DNA from: the human T2T-CHM13v2.0 reference genome, Homo sapiens
Length of the DNA: 64,000 bases
NCBI RefSeq assembly: GCF_009914755.1
Contig: NC_060932.1
Direction: 5' to 3' (one strand)
Of this stretch, positions 27,227 through 48,639 are shown one piece after another; the stretch's first letter is position 1; every line of letters begins with the position of its first letter. A model generated the notes under the pieces. It ran no database searches. It worked only from the letters and a program-made list of their open reading frames with translations, and was not told the origin of the DNA. Both the position numbers and the translations under genes were made by a program.

Positions 27227-27405
27227 CAGCAGTGTCCAGTAGAACTTTCTATAGTGATGGAATTGTTTTATGTCTGCATTGTCTAATGCTGTAGCCATTA
27301 GCTACATGTGGCTAGCAAGTACTTGAAGTATAGCTATTGTAACTGAGGAACTAAATTTTAAATTTTATTTAAATAGCCATATGGTGTTTTTTGTATTGGA
27401 CAGAT
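27227..27405. mobile_element. MER3-like DNA transposon
   Basis: cagtgtccagtagaactttctatagtgatggaa...gctacatgtggcta motifs. Confidence 0.75.
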
Positions 27406-27854
27406 TCAGAGCCTCATTCTCTAGATGCTTCTATGCTTCTTGAGCTTCATTTTTGGAGCTTTTACAAACGTATATTAAGATGTGTAAGAGATACCTCTCT
27501 TGCCTAGGGAAGAGAGAAATGAAAGTGAAACTGGGAATCTGGGAGCTGTAAGTCCAGGAGGATGGAGTGGAGACACTGAGGTTTAGGAAGAAGAAAACAC
27601 ACTTTGTGTCTCCTGCTCCCGATGATAATAAAATGGTAAAAGCACATCTGTCTTGAAGACTTGAAGCACATCAAGTCTTACTTGAAACAGTAAAAAAAAT
27701 GGTTTCCCTATTCCTAAAATACGTTCCTTAATGTCTAAATTTCCTTTAATCAGGGACAAATGTTTGATTTCATAATTGAAGATAGGAAACTTTAAAAAGA
27801 TCATTAGTTAAGGGAAAGAACACAACTGTAAAATGTCATAATCAAAGTGTAAGT

Positions 27855-28935
27855 GAGACACCCTACCACCATCACACTATACACAAAATTAATTTGAAAT
27901 GACCTAAAGTCGTGTAAAAGCCAACACTATTAAAACTTTTAAAAGAAAATGGGAAAAAATTATGACCTTGACATAGGCTAAGTTTTCTTAGGACAGAGAA
28001 AGCACTAACTATAAAAGAAAAAATTAAGAAATTAGACTTAACAAAAATAGGAATTTTCTGCTTTTCAAAAGATACTGTTATGGGAAAATAATCCCAGTAT
28101 ATATATCTGACAACTGTCTGATATATAGACTGTATAAAGCTTACAACTCAGTTGTAAGACAACTCAGTAAAAACTGGGCAAGAGATTTGAACAGGCACTT
28201 AATGAAAGAAGATATATGAATGGCTAATATGCAAATTAAAGCCACAGAAAATACCACTTCACATCAAGAATGGCTAAAATGAAAAGATTGACAATAAGAA
28301 GTGTTGGTGAGAATGTGGAACAGTTGGAACTCTCACAGTCCTTATGAGAATGTAAAATTGCACAACCACTTGGAAAGCAGTTTGGCAGTTGCTTATAAAC
28401 ATAAACGTGGCATGTGACCCAGCAATTTCTCTTCTAGGTATTCATCCAAGAGAAATGAAAATATGCATCACAAAAACACTTGCACATTAATGTTCATAGC
28501 ATCTTTAGTCATGATAGCCTCAAACTGAAGCATCAAGAGATAAATGGATAAACAAACTGTGGTATATCTATACAGTGGAATACTGTGCAGCCATTAAAAA
28601 ATAATTTCTGAACTTCTGAAACACAAAACATGGATTCATTTCAGAAACATACTAAGTGAAAAGTCAGACAATGAAGAGTGTATATTGGCTGGTTCCATTT
28701 GTATGAAGTTCTACAACCAGCAGAACTGATCTACAGTGATAGAAATCATGAGTAGGGTGTGGTGGAGATTGACTGTAGAGGGTTGTGAAGAAACGTCCTG
28801 GGCCAGTGGAAATGGTCTTTATCTTTAGGGAATCTGGTTACATGAGTGTATACATTTGTCAAAACTCATCAAACTGTACATTTAAAGTGAGTGCATTGTA
28901 TATTAATTATATTTCAATAAAGTTTATTTTTTAAA
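27855..28935 (+). mobile_element. Old L1ME-type 3' end
   Basis: Decayed ORF2 C-terminus (gtgttggtgagaatgtggaacagttggaactctc) and 3'UTR ending ttcaataaag. Confidence 0.8.
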
Positions 28936-29344
28936 AATGCAAATGATGTTGTGATGTTTTCTTTTCTGATGTGAGACAACCAGGTAGAGTAAGCTACTAG
29001 ACATTGTTAGCATTTGGAGATAGGAGAATGTCCCTGAGAGTATAGAAATAATGTAAAATGTTAACTTTGCCAAATTAGAATTTAATCAGTAGCTGTCTTT
29101 GTGTGTGTTTATCTACATAATAAATATTCTGCAAGGCTACTTATATCACTGTTCTCTGTGACTCTGTATTCAGCGTTTAATAACTTTGGTTATATTATCA
29201 TCTTGTTTGGACAGAATACTGAGGAAACTTATGAATATCTTTTAAGTGTACAATTTTATGTAAATACTTAGTTATCTCTGTTAGATTATTAATATGAAAT
29301 TCTTAGAAGTATTAGTGATTTTTGTTTGTTTTACTGTAACTTAG

Positions 29345-29465
29345 GAAACTTTTGAGAAGAACTTTGAAAGAGAAACCCATAAAATAAGTGAGCAAAATGA
29401 TGCTGATAATGCTAGTGTCCTGTCTGTATCATCAAATTTTGAGCCTTTTGCAACAGATGATCTAG
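29345..29465 (+). CDS. PCM1: PCM1 coding exon (~27), ETFEKNF...ATDDL, 121 nt
   Basis: cttag acceptor; TAG|gtaagc donor. Confidence 0.95.
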
Positions 29466-31027
29466 GTAAGCAGAATTGTTTATAATCTTAGAAACAACTT
29501 TAAGTTGATCTGGTCCAGTCTTTGAATTGGCGTTGATAAGGAAACAAGTCTAGAAAGGCGAAGTGTGTGTGGTTGAAAGAATGTGGACTTAATTATCTAT
29601 CAGTCTAAAATCAAGAATCTTCTGACTCTTAACCCTGTGAGCAAATCATCCAACATTTTTGACTCTGCATATACTAAGGAAATGGGAATTTTAACCTACC
29701 TTGCTATGTTCTTGTGAAAATATAATGTAACTTACTTGCTTGAGTTCAGAAAATGTTAATTTCCTTTTCCTTAAAGGAAAGGTCATCGTTTAAGGTCATC
29801 TAGTTAATTCATGGGAACAATTCAGGCCTCATCTAATCATATTTTTAATAAAAATATTAACTTTGTAATTTGAGTTAAGCAGTCAGTTTTCTTAAATAAC
29901 CTGTAGTGAAAACCTCAAGTAATTCTCAGGCATAGCAAATGGTTTTGGTTGTTTTTTTTTGTTTGTTTGGGTTTTTTTTTTTTTCCCCCTCTCCCATCAG
30001 CTGTAAAACAAAAGAGGTTTAGAGGGTTGCCTGGCTGCAGTGGAGAAAAAATTCGAGTCCTAGACTTGGAAAGGAAATTTAAGGAAAAGAAAAATATGTA
30101 GATACTTGATACGTTTCTAGACTGTGGCCAATCAAAAGAGAACCTGAGAATTCAGTCATTTGCCATCCAGGGTGCTTAGTTGATAAAATAATGTAATGTC
30201 CTGTTACTCTAGTGTTTGTTCACGTGATGAAGAGAAGACTTAGATTATTTCAAAGGTATTTTTCCACTATAAAGAAAAGGACTTAGCCTTGCCCTATCAT
30301 TACATTCCTACTGTTCGCCAAAACAAAAGTCTTCCTTTTGCTTATTGTAATTATTGAGGACTCAGCCTTAGCTGACCTCTAAGTAAATGCTTATTTGGGT
30401 CTGCATTGAGTTCATCCCATTACAGAGAAAAATTACTGTGTGGCCTGCCAACCCTCACCCCTTAGGTTGTCCCTCTCTTTCTGAGTTGCCAGAATACTTC
30501 GACTCCTACGTATTTTCTTTCATTTACTGGTATTTTTTTTTTTTTCTTACAAACCTGCACCAGTAGCTGTGTCTGAAGTAGACATAGAATTGGGAAATTT
30601 CATTGATAGGCCTTTTTCTTACCTAATTTGCTTGTTTTAGGTTGCGTTGTTTTCATCAGAATTTGCATGACATTTTGGAATTCACTTGTATTGTTTAAAT
30701 GAAACAACAAAATGAAATAAATATGGGCTTCAGAGTTTGATAACTAAGTTTAAATCCTTGTTCCTACATTGAACTGTCTGTGAAAGCTTGAGCAAGTTAC
30801 TTAAATTTTCTGCAAATGAAAGTAATGTCATCTACTATATAGGATTATTTTAAGGATTAAATAAGTGTGACAATGTATATGAAGTGCTCAAGTAGTATAG
30901 TGTGTAGAACTTGTTAAAGCTAATTTTCCTCCCTTTTGTTTGGACATTTTTTTATTAATGCATTTTGAGGAATATATGAAAAAGTTCACTTTTACATACT
31001 CAAAAAATATTTTTGTTCCAAATGTAG

Positions 31028-31186
31028 GTAACACCGTGATTCACTTAGATCAAGCATTAGCCAGAATGAGAGAATATGAGCGTATGAAGACTGAGGCTGA
31101 AAGTAACTCAAATATGAGATGCACCTGCAGGATTATTGAGGATGGAGATGGTGCTGGTGCAGGTACTACAGTTAATAATTTAGAAG
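31028..31186 (+). CDS. PCM1: PCM1 coding exon (~28), GNTVIHLDQ...VNNLE, 159 nt; codon 1543 is Thr (ACC, 31123-31125)
   Basis: ORF 30940..31209; tgtag acceptor; AAG|gtatat donor. Confidence 0.95.
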
Positions 31187-31195
31187 GTATATATT

Positions 31196-32719
<1,524 letters not shown>

Positions 32720-32968
32720 GAAGGTATATTTTTTATTGATTACAAGTAATAATAATTCTATGTAAAAAATTTAAATATGTGATATCTAATGGTGGTTTTA
32801 TTACTACTTTATTTTAATTGATAGGGGTGCTTAAACTACAAACATGTTTCTTTGTATTATGTTAGCATAAAATCATCAAATTTAATATTTTTCAAATTTC
32901 AACATAAAGGCATATATGTATATATAATAGGCTTTGTTAGGCTAATGTATTTTCTTTTTAAAAATTAG

Positions 32969-33105
32969 AAACTCCCGTTATTGAAAATCGTAGTTCACAA
33001 CAACCTGTAAGTGAAGTTTCTACCATCCCATGTCCTAGAATTGATACTCAGCAGCTGGACCGGCAAATTAAAGCAATTATGAAAGAAGTCATTCCTTTTT
33101 TGAAG
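32969..33105 (+). CDS. PCM1: PCM1 coding exon (~29), ETPVIEN...IPFLK, 137 nt
   Basis: attag acceptor; AAG|gtaagc donor. Confidence 0.95.
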
Positions 33106-33371
33106 GTAAGCAATTATTTTAAAAAATAAACGAAACCTTCTATGTTTTGTTTTTTAATTCATACAGAAGACCTTATTGTGATAAAGTTCAACGGTATAGG
33201 TAAACAACAACAAAAAAACTATCACCCATAATTTTTTCACCCTACCAACATTCTCTGAACCTTTCAGTAATATTTTATACACATGTGCATATTCTGCCTT
33301 TTTCATTTACTATATCATAAACTTCTTTCTAGATCATTATTTTTCTGCTGCATTTTTTCAGGATTTATCAC

Positions 33372-39320
<5,949 letters not shown>

Positions 39321-39349
39321 TGCCTTTTTTTTTAATGGATCCACAACAT

Positions 39350-40690
<1,341 letters not shown>

Positions 40691-41479
40691 TAGTCATAAA
40701 ATACAATTTTCTATTAATTATTTTTTCAGTCCCTGTTGTTAAATATTTGTGTTTATTCTGGTTTCTTTTCCACTATTACAAACACTTATTGAATGATTGA
40801 AGGTAATCTGTTTACTTTTGTTTCTCTAGAAACAATTTTTAGACATAAAATTTTTAGTTCAAAGGTCATAAACATTTTTAAAGCTTTTTAGACAAGCTGA
40901 TTGTCCTTCAGAGAAACTAACCAGTTTATATTCCCATCAACATTGATAGTATCAGACTGGTAAGCAGTACTATTAATTTCATTTAACAACATTGATCAGG
41001 GCAGATGGAGACATGTGCAACAAATGGAATAGGAAGACAGGACTTCTTTCTGAGATGGCATTCATTACATTCTAATTTAAAATGGAAGTTTTAACAATTA
41101 GAAGTGAAAAGTAATTGTTTTCTTTTCATCTAGATATGGTAAACTACAAAATACATTGTCACTGGGCTAGTTTCTTATATTGTACTCATACTTTTCTTTG
41201 TAAGACATGTACCACAGAGAATTGCTTCCATTGTGCTCATATTTCTTCCCTCAGCAGAAGTAATTGCTTTTTTTTGGAATGTTTTGAGAGAAGAGAGATC
41301 TTTGAGAAAGCACCTGTAGAAACTGCTTTCTCTGTATCTGACTTTACAGCTGAGAGGAAAAAGTCAGCTGATCGTGTCCAGATTATTCCATGTAAAAACA
41401 GAAACACGTAGCCTTGTTCTGGGCAATTGCAACAGTTCCTAAATGGCCTTACTATCCTTTTGCCGCTGCTTCTAACCTT

Positions 41480-41481
<2 letters not shown>

Positions 41482-41524
<43 letters not shown>

Positions 41525-42402
41525 TGGAGAGATCTGTTAAATTTTTTTTTTCTTTTTTTTTTTTTTTTTTTTTTATTATACTCTAAGTTATAGGGTACAT
41601 GTGCACATTGTGCAGGTTAGTTACATATGTATACATGTGCCATGCTGGTGCGCTGCACCCACTAATGTGTCATCTAGCATTAGGTATATCTCCCAATGCT
41701 ATCCCTCCCCCCTCCCCCGACCCCACCACAGTCCCCAGAGTGTGATATTCCCCTTCCTGTGTCCATGTGATCTCATTGTTCAATTCCCACCTATGAGTGA
41801 GAATATGCGGTGTTTGGTTTTTTGTTCTTGCGATAGTTTACTGAGAATGATGGTTTCCAATTTCATCCATGTCCCTACAAAGGATATGAACTCATCATTT
41901 TTTATGGCTGCATAGTATTCCATGGTGTATATGTGCCACATTTTCTTAATCCAGTCTATCATTGTTGGACATTTGGGTTGGTTCCAAGTCTTTGCTATTG
42001 TGAATAGTGCCGCAATAAACATACGTGTGCATGTGTCTTTATAGCAGCATGATTTATACTCATTTGGGTATATACCCAGTAATGGGATGGCTGGGTCAAA
42101 TGGTATTTCTAGTTCTAGATCCCTGAGGAATCGCCACACTGACTTCCACAATGGTTGAACTAGTTGACAGTCCCACCAACAGTGTAAAAGTGTTCCTATT
42201 TCTCCGCATCCTCTCCAGCACCTGTTGTTTCCTGACTTTTTAATGATTGCCATTCTAACTGGTGTGAGATGATATCTCATAGTGGTTTTGATTTGCATTT
42301 CTCTGATGGTCAGTGATGATGAGCATTTCTTCATGTGTTTTTTGGCTGCATAAATGTCTTCTTTTGAGAAGTGTCTGTTCATGTCCTTCGCCCACTTTTT
42401 GA
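41482..42402 (-). mobile_element. 5'-truncated L1HS (Ta subset) with 3' transduction
   Basis: Intact 200-aa ORF2 C-terminus (41780..42382); diagnostic ACA (41666-41668) and 3' G (41583); two poly-A tracts; TSD acctttc. Confidence 0.95.
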
Positions 42403-42419
42403 CCTTTCAACTCTCCTAC

Positions 42420-42745
42420 TAGAGTTGTTAGCACTTCTGAGGCCTTGGCACTTGCTAATACTTCTGCCTGGAATGCTCTTCCTTCACATACCTACCTGCA
42501 TGGCTTGTTTTCTTGAACTCAACTGTTTGGTCAAATGTTAACTTTTGCTGAGTAAACCTCTGCCTTATCCTTTACCTGCTTAGTGCTTGCACGCCACCTT
42601 TAACCTATGTAATATTTGTCTGCCTCTCCATGCTAAAATACAAGATCCATGACATCTGAGATGTTAATCTCTTTTGGTCACTGTCCAAAAATAGTACATG
42701 CACATTGTAGACACTCAGTAAACATTAATGAATTAATAAATGACT
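42420..42745 (+). mobile_element. L2 3' end fragment
   Basis: tctgcctggaatgctctt...tagacactcagtaaacattaatgaattaataaatga. Confidence 0.6.
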
Positions 42746-45189
42746 GGAATCTTCAACCCTCAACTGTAGTTGAGCTCTTTAGACGCTCTAAGTGTGAAAA
42801 CAACTGGCCCATAGGATAAAGACCAGGTTCATTGTCACTCATAAAACCTTTTACAGCTTGGTCTGGCCTCTTAAGCCTTGTGTCCTACTTGACATTATTG
42901 AAAAAGGCACATTGCCCACATTATGTCCTTTACCTAGAATGACCTTCTCCTCTTTCTCTGTCAGTTTCTCCTGTTTTTCAGGAGCCAGCCCAAATGTTAT
43001 TGCATGTGTTTACAGGCAGAATTCCTTCCTCTCTTCACTGTTCCTGAGATACTGGATTCATGCCTTCATTATAGCACTTATGACAAAGGATCATAATTAT
43101 TTGTATCTCCCCCCTAGAATAGTATCTCATAGTACCTACAGCCAAGAAGCACTTAAGATACTGGATAAAAAGAATTTGAGGGATAAGGCATAAATACATC
43201 AGTTTTACCAAGTGTTTTGTGAATTTATTTCCTGTTACTTATAAATATATGTATATATTTACCTTCCATAAAAGAATATACTTATAAATTTTAAGAATAT
43301 AGATTTTTTATATAGATATTTATCTCAGAGCTTGAAACCATTGCCTCAAGTGAATTGGTTTAAATTTTCTTAGTTAATGCTTGCTTTCATCTTAGGCCTA
43401 AAGTATTGCCTTTTTGCTTTTATACTTTTATTTTAGCATTAATAGTACAATAAATATTTGTCAACATGTCTTTTAAAAACTAATAGGTATGCTTGTAGTA
43501 ATATTTATTTGATATGTACAGTTACTTTATAAGGGTTAAAAAAAAAGCCTAAATGATCTATCCTTATGCTTAGGGAGTGCAGCCTTCAGTTAGGAAATTG
43601 ATTGTTTTTACTTTTTTGTGTCTGATTTGATGGAAGAATTATGTAAGTTACATGCTATCTGCTCAGAAACTGTTATACAATAAAATATTTAATACTTGAG
43701 CGAAATAGAAGTCACCTTGAGTCTGTGAAATGTTTAAAAAGTCTTGAATTTAAAAGAATTACATTTTTTAAAGTGATTTTTCTTAAATGTCTAAGATATT
43801 AGGAAATATCAATGGTATTTTAGTTGGCTAAAGTGGCTAGTGACACTCATTTAATAGGTTTTCCATTTGACCTTTTAAGCGCTACTAGCATATCTAGAGT
43901 TACCTAAATCACAACACTTATCTTGTCACCTTGTGTAAAATCTAAATTGTTCCTTCTCACTTTACCTGTGTAGCCCTGATTTAAGTGATTTCATTTCATG
44001 AGGAAATGAAATAATAAATACTAATTTAGCATTTCAAAAAGTGTCTGAGGCCAGTAAAGAGTAGAACTAATAATCTGATTTTAATTATTTATGATGTCTC
44101 ATTTCACTTCAGATCTTGACTTTTTTTGTAGGACTGTAGAACTTCTTTGTTAATTATGCCCAGGCAGCATTACACCCAGTCACCTGAGTTAGACTTCTTG
44201 ACTCTCTTTATGTCATCACTAGTGAGTCAAAAATGTATTCTCCTCCTTAGAGTCATCAATTTGACTTCACTTTCTTCTTTCTAGTAGCATGACCTTAATT
44301 CATATTCTTACCTTTTGCTTAGACTACCTGTCGTAATAGGCATGAAGTGCATTTTTACTAAGCCGTGTCCTACCCAAACTCCTTAGTCTTCAAGTGGCTT
44401 CACTGCTGGATCTGGTGTGCTTTCCCCCTCTAGCTACTCTCCATCTAGGTACATTCACTTCACATTATTCAACATTTTCCATATCTACTGTTACTTTTTC
44501 ACGTATTAGCTGTTTGTACAAGTTGTCTTGTCTATCCAAGAGGTAAAATACTTTCACTCTTTTCTGCCTGGCTGAAATATTTCTTCAGAAATATTTGTTG
44601 TTGCCTCCAGTATGCTCCTACAGCTCCTTAGAGCACCTAGTGGGTGCTTTTTAAAAATATTTATTTATTCAGTAAGTAATGTCTCCTGTGAGCCACTGTA
44701 TTTTGTGATAAATAAGAATACCTGCAGTTAAAAAAGTGTTATCTACCAGACAGCACGGAGCTTATAGTGATTATTTATATACGTATCTGACTCCTGCATA
44801 GTATTTGACTCTCTGAAGACAGGGACAGTTGTGTTGTTGTTGTTGTTTTTTTTTTTTTTTAAATCGCCTGTCTTGACACATACATTATTTTAAATGAGCT
44901 TAAGTCTGAGAGGGGACCTTGAACATCTAGTTTGGCACCCTCATTTTATAGATATGTATTGGTGGGGGGGACTGAACTGAGAAAAGGTTTAGGATTTGCT
45001 TAAATGGATTTAGTAGAATAAGAAGGATTAGAACCTTGAGATTACTTGATATCGATGATTTATGGACTCAACCTCAGAAAGTTAACCATGATTCATATTA
45101 TTTTGTAGCTCACACATGCTTCTCAAGGAAGTTTAAGAAGAGACACTTGACTGAAGTGATTTGTTAAGAAAGTTAGGGGGTGATGTTAA

Positions 45190-45343
45190 CCCTCAAGACA
45201 TTTCAGAATGTCTAAAGGTATTTTTAGTTGTCGAGGTGGTGTAGGGAGGAGGTGTTACTGGCATCTAGTGGGTAGAGGCCAGGATGATGCCAAATATCCT
45301 ACAATGCACAGGATGTCAATAATGTGAAGGTTGAGAAACCCTG
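45190..45343. mobile_element. MER20 DNA transposon fragment
   Basis: tactggcatctagtgggtagaggccaggatgatgcc...aggttgagaaaccctg. Confidence 0.8.
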
Positions 45344-45750
45344 AGTTAGAAAATAATAGGGAATTGGGTACAAGGTGAGTATGCTTGTAAGAGTATTTGA
45401 AATTAACTGAATGAAAACAGAAAGATTGGCAAAATGGAAACTAGCATGAATAGTTCTCCTTAAGGTACAGAAAAGTACAGAAAGAAAGTGCTGAAAAGTA
45501 CTGGATCAGCCAGTTCTTTTACTGGCCATCATCTGCTTTCGTGGGTCAAAATTGCCAAACCTCTCAATACGTATGAATAAAGTAGGAGTTTGGCTTTTCT
45601 TATGAATGGATATTTCTAAACAGACATCTGAAAATTGAGGAGCATCTACGGCAAGAAAATTAAAAATTAACATTTTGTATTATATGGATTGATTTTCTTT
45701 TTTTAAACAATAGGTAAGTTTATATTCTAACCAACTAGGATTTTTCTCAG

Positions 45751-45885
45751 GAGCACATGGATGAAGTATGCTCCTCGCAGCTTCTAACTTCAGTAAGGCG
45801 CATGGTTTTGACCCTTACCCAGCAAAATGATGAGAGCAAAGAGTTTGTAAAGTTCTTTCATAAACAACTTGGAAGTATATTACAG
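45751..45885 (+). CDS. PCM1: PCM1 coding exon (~30), EHMDEVC...GSILQ, 135 nt, phase 0-0
   Basis: tttttctcag acceptor; CAG|gtaaga donor; ORF 45757..46020. Confidence 0.95.
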
Positions 45886-46314
45886 GTAAGAGTTTATACT
45901 TGTATGATTTACCAATATGTACTGTGTGGTAAGGTTTTTTTTCGGGGGGTGGGTGAGGCATTTTCTTGCATTACACAATTTATTCTGGTGGACATCCAAT
46001 CTAGCGTCCATTTGGGATGATGTTGTAATACTTTTTAGTTGTCACTTGGTTAAAATAATATTGTATTATTAGGTCCTGTTTGTATCTTCATTTAATTTGG
46101 TCATCTCTAAGGCATGTCTCTTATAAGCTTTTACTGGTTTGGTTTATCTTCTCACTGAAAACATTTTGAGTTTGAAATGTTTACAAAGTATTCTGTGGCT
46201 GTTTCTAAAATAATTGGCTAAAGTAATTTGACTAATCAGGGAAATTTTGGAAGCCAGAGACCAGCTGGTTGTAGAGACTTTTTAGGGTGTACCAGTACGC
46301 TTAAATTATAGTAA

Positions 46315-46555
46315 GTCAGTAACTGGGAGAGAATTTGCCTTCTAGGAGACATTTAGCAGTGTCTGCAGCCATTTTGTTTATCACAGCAAGTAGTGTGGAG
46401 AAGGTAGGAGGGCTGAGAGGAGGACAGGTACTGGCAACTAATGGGTAGAGACCAGGAAGAATCTTGATAAACATTTGACAATACACAGGACAGTACCCCA
46501 TAGCAAAGTATTATCTGGCCCTAAATGTCAACAGTGCCAAGGTTGAGAAATCCCA
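46315..46555. mobile_element. MER20 DNA transposon
   Basis: gacatttagcagtgtctg...aatgtcaacagtgccaaggttgagaaatcc. Confidence 0.8.
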
Positions 46556-47469
46556 TGTTAGTGTTAATAAAATTACCTTGTTTATTCCATATGACAAACA
46601 TCTTTACCTTTATATTTACCTGAATGTTTTTCCATTGAGATAGTTCAGTGATGTGTATTTTTACTCCACATTAGGTGATACATTTTTCTTCTCATCTTTA
46701 TTACAGAATTTTCTTATGAAACTTGGCTTTGCTTCTTATTTCTGTGTTTAAACTGGTTTTAGATAATCACTATTAACTTTTTTTAAACCTTGGGCTTGAT
46801 GCAAATTTGTATCACTGTAATTTTCCATTTTGTTAGTATTAGGACTAAAGGACAAATTGTCCTGGCCCCGTTAGCAGTTATTAGTACTAACAGATAATTT
46901 CTAAGGACTACAAAACATTGATGGTGTTGTGCATTGTAGGAAACTCCATTTTAGAATAAGGCTGAAAGAGAAATTATAATTTAAATATTTTTTATCAAGA
47001 TCCATGTAGCCCTTCCTCAGTTTTGCCTTCTATGATAATTGTGGACAGATCCCAAAGCATTAATTTCTAAAGACTTTTTTCTCAGTCTAAGGTTTGACTG
47101 CTTTTCTTTCATCCCGTTCTTGATTTTTTCACAAGAGGACATACATGAAGAATACAAGTTAATTTACGTTAAATATTGCCCAGAGTATTGAAAAATTTTT
47201 ATGAGCTAGAGCTTAAATTACCATCTTCTACATTTTTCCTTCTGAAACCCGTTCAAGAATTGTTTTTTCCACAAAGCACCCAGCATATGTACGTTTTTAC
47301 CATAACTGTACTAGATAAGATAGTCTTTTGGTGGGGGAGAGGAGCAGGCATTGAACATCATAGTTGTTTGCCTGTTTGCTAAATAGGGTAGTCCATATTT
47401 TAGAAGGAAAAAGAGGAGTGGTTTTACTAAAAATGTATACAGTATACTTCCTTATTTGAAGATTCTCAA

Positions 47470-48448
47470 CCTAAAATAATCAAAAGGGTCAGAATCTACT
47501 TTAAAGAGAGTTTATTCAAGCACAGTGTTGGAGGGATAGCTGCCTGGGAAGCACAGATTCCAAAGAATAGACATCAGAAGTTTGGGATCATTTATATCAG
47601 GGGTCCCCAACCCCCAGGCTGGTGAGCAGCAGGCGAGTGAGCAAAGCTTCATCTGTATTTACAGTCCCTCCCCACGGCTCTCATTACCGCCTGAGCTCCA
47701 CCTCCTGTCAGATCAGCAGCAGCATTAGATTCTCATAGGAGTGTGAACCCTACTGTGAACTGCACGTGTGAGGGATCTAGGTTACATGCTCCTTATGAGA
47801 ATCTAATTCCTGACCTGTCACTGTCTCCCATCACCCCCATATGAGACCATCTAGTTGCAGGAAAATAAGCTCAGGGCTCCCACTGATTCTACATTATGGT
47901 GAGTTGTATAATTATTTCACTATATGTTACAGTGTAATAAAGGGCACAGTCAGTCAATGTAATGTGCTTGAATCATTCCGAAACCTTCCCCCAAGCTATG
48001 GTTGGGGGAAAAGTTGTCTTCTGTGAAACCAGGTCCTGGTGCCAGAAAGGTTGGGGACTGCTAATTTATGTGGACAGAGTTTAGAGAAGCTTAACAGAGT
48101 TTCAGCATCTTTCTATATAAGGCTTTAATGCATAGTTACAACAGTCTAATTAGTTGAGGTGATGTTTTTGTTTCAGAAAAGGTGGAAGATGAGTCTTTTC
48201 TGCCCCCTGATCTGACTTAGGTACAGGACAGTAAAGGAGGCAGTTAATCTGTAACAAACATCAGTGGTTGGGAGGCAGGAGGTCTGGTCTCTTGATCTTT
48301 CCTAGTCATTTACAGAACAAGAACAGTGAGGAAAAGAGTTAATGTGTTGTCTAAGAAGGAGAAATCACCAACGTTCAAGTTGCCAGGGCTTAACTTCCTC
48401 CTTGACATAATAAATGTAGAGGGTCTTGAAATCCTATTTTCTTTTACA
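47470..48448 (-). mobile_element. ERV1 (MER4-group-like) solo LTR split by MER1A
   Basis: Reverse strand begins TGTAAAAGAAAATAGGATTTCAAGACCC; polyA signal (gagtttattc on +) near the other end. Confidence 0.6.
47598..48063 (-). mobile_element. MER1A hAT-Charlie transposon, 8-bp TSD atttat(a/g)t
   Basis: TIRs caggggtccccaac / gttggggactgct; core cattagattctcataggag. Confidence 0.88.
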
Positions 48449-48639
48449 TGATCCTATATATCAACTTGAATAGAACTAATGTTTACTTTTGAAGAAAAAT
48501 TTAAATTAGAATGGTTGTCTTAAGTAAAGGAGGAAGCTTTAAACATGATCCTATATATCAACTTGAATAGAACTAATGTTTACTTTTGAAGAAAAATTTA
48601 AATTAGAATGGTTGTCTTAAGTAAAGGTGGAAGCTTTAA
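48446..48639. repeat. 97-bp tandem duplication (2 copies, 1 mismatch)
   Basis: acatgatcctatata...ggaagctttaa at 48446 and 48543. Confidence 0.95.

Noticed and set aside
41120-41145. tag|ATATG|gtaaac looking like a 5-nt microexon
   Set aside because: Not frame-preserving, weak donor, no supporting context
41780-42382. 200-aa intact ORF, the longest in the window
   Set aside because: C-terminus of L1 ORF2p in a 5'-truncated, promoterless copy; not expressible as a gene
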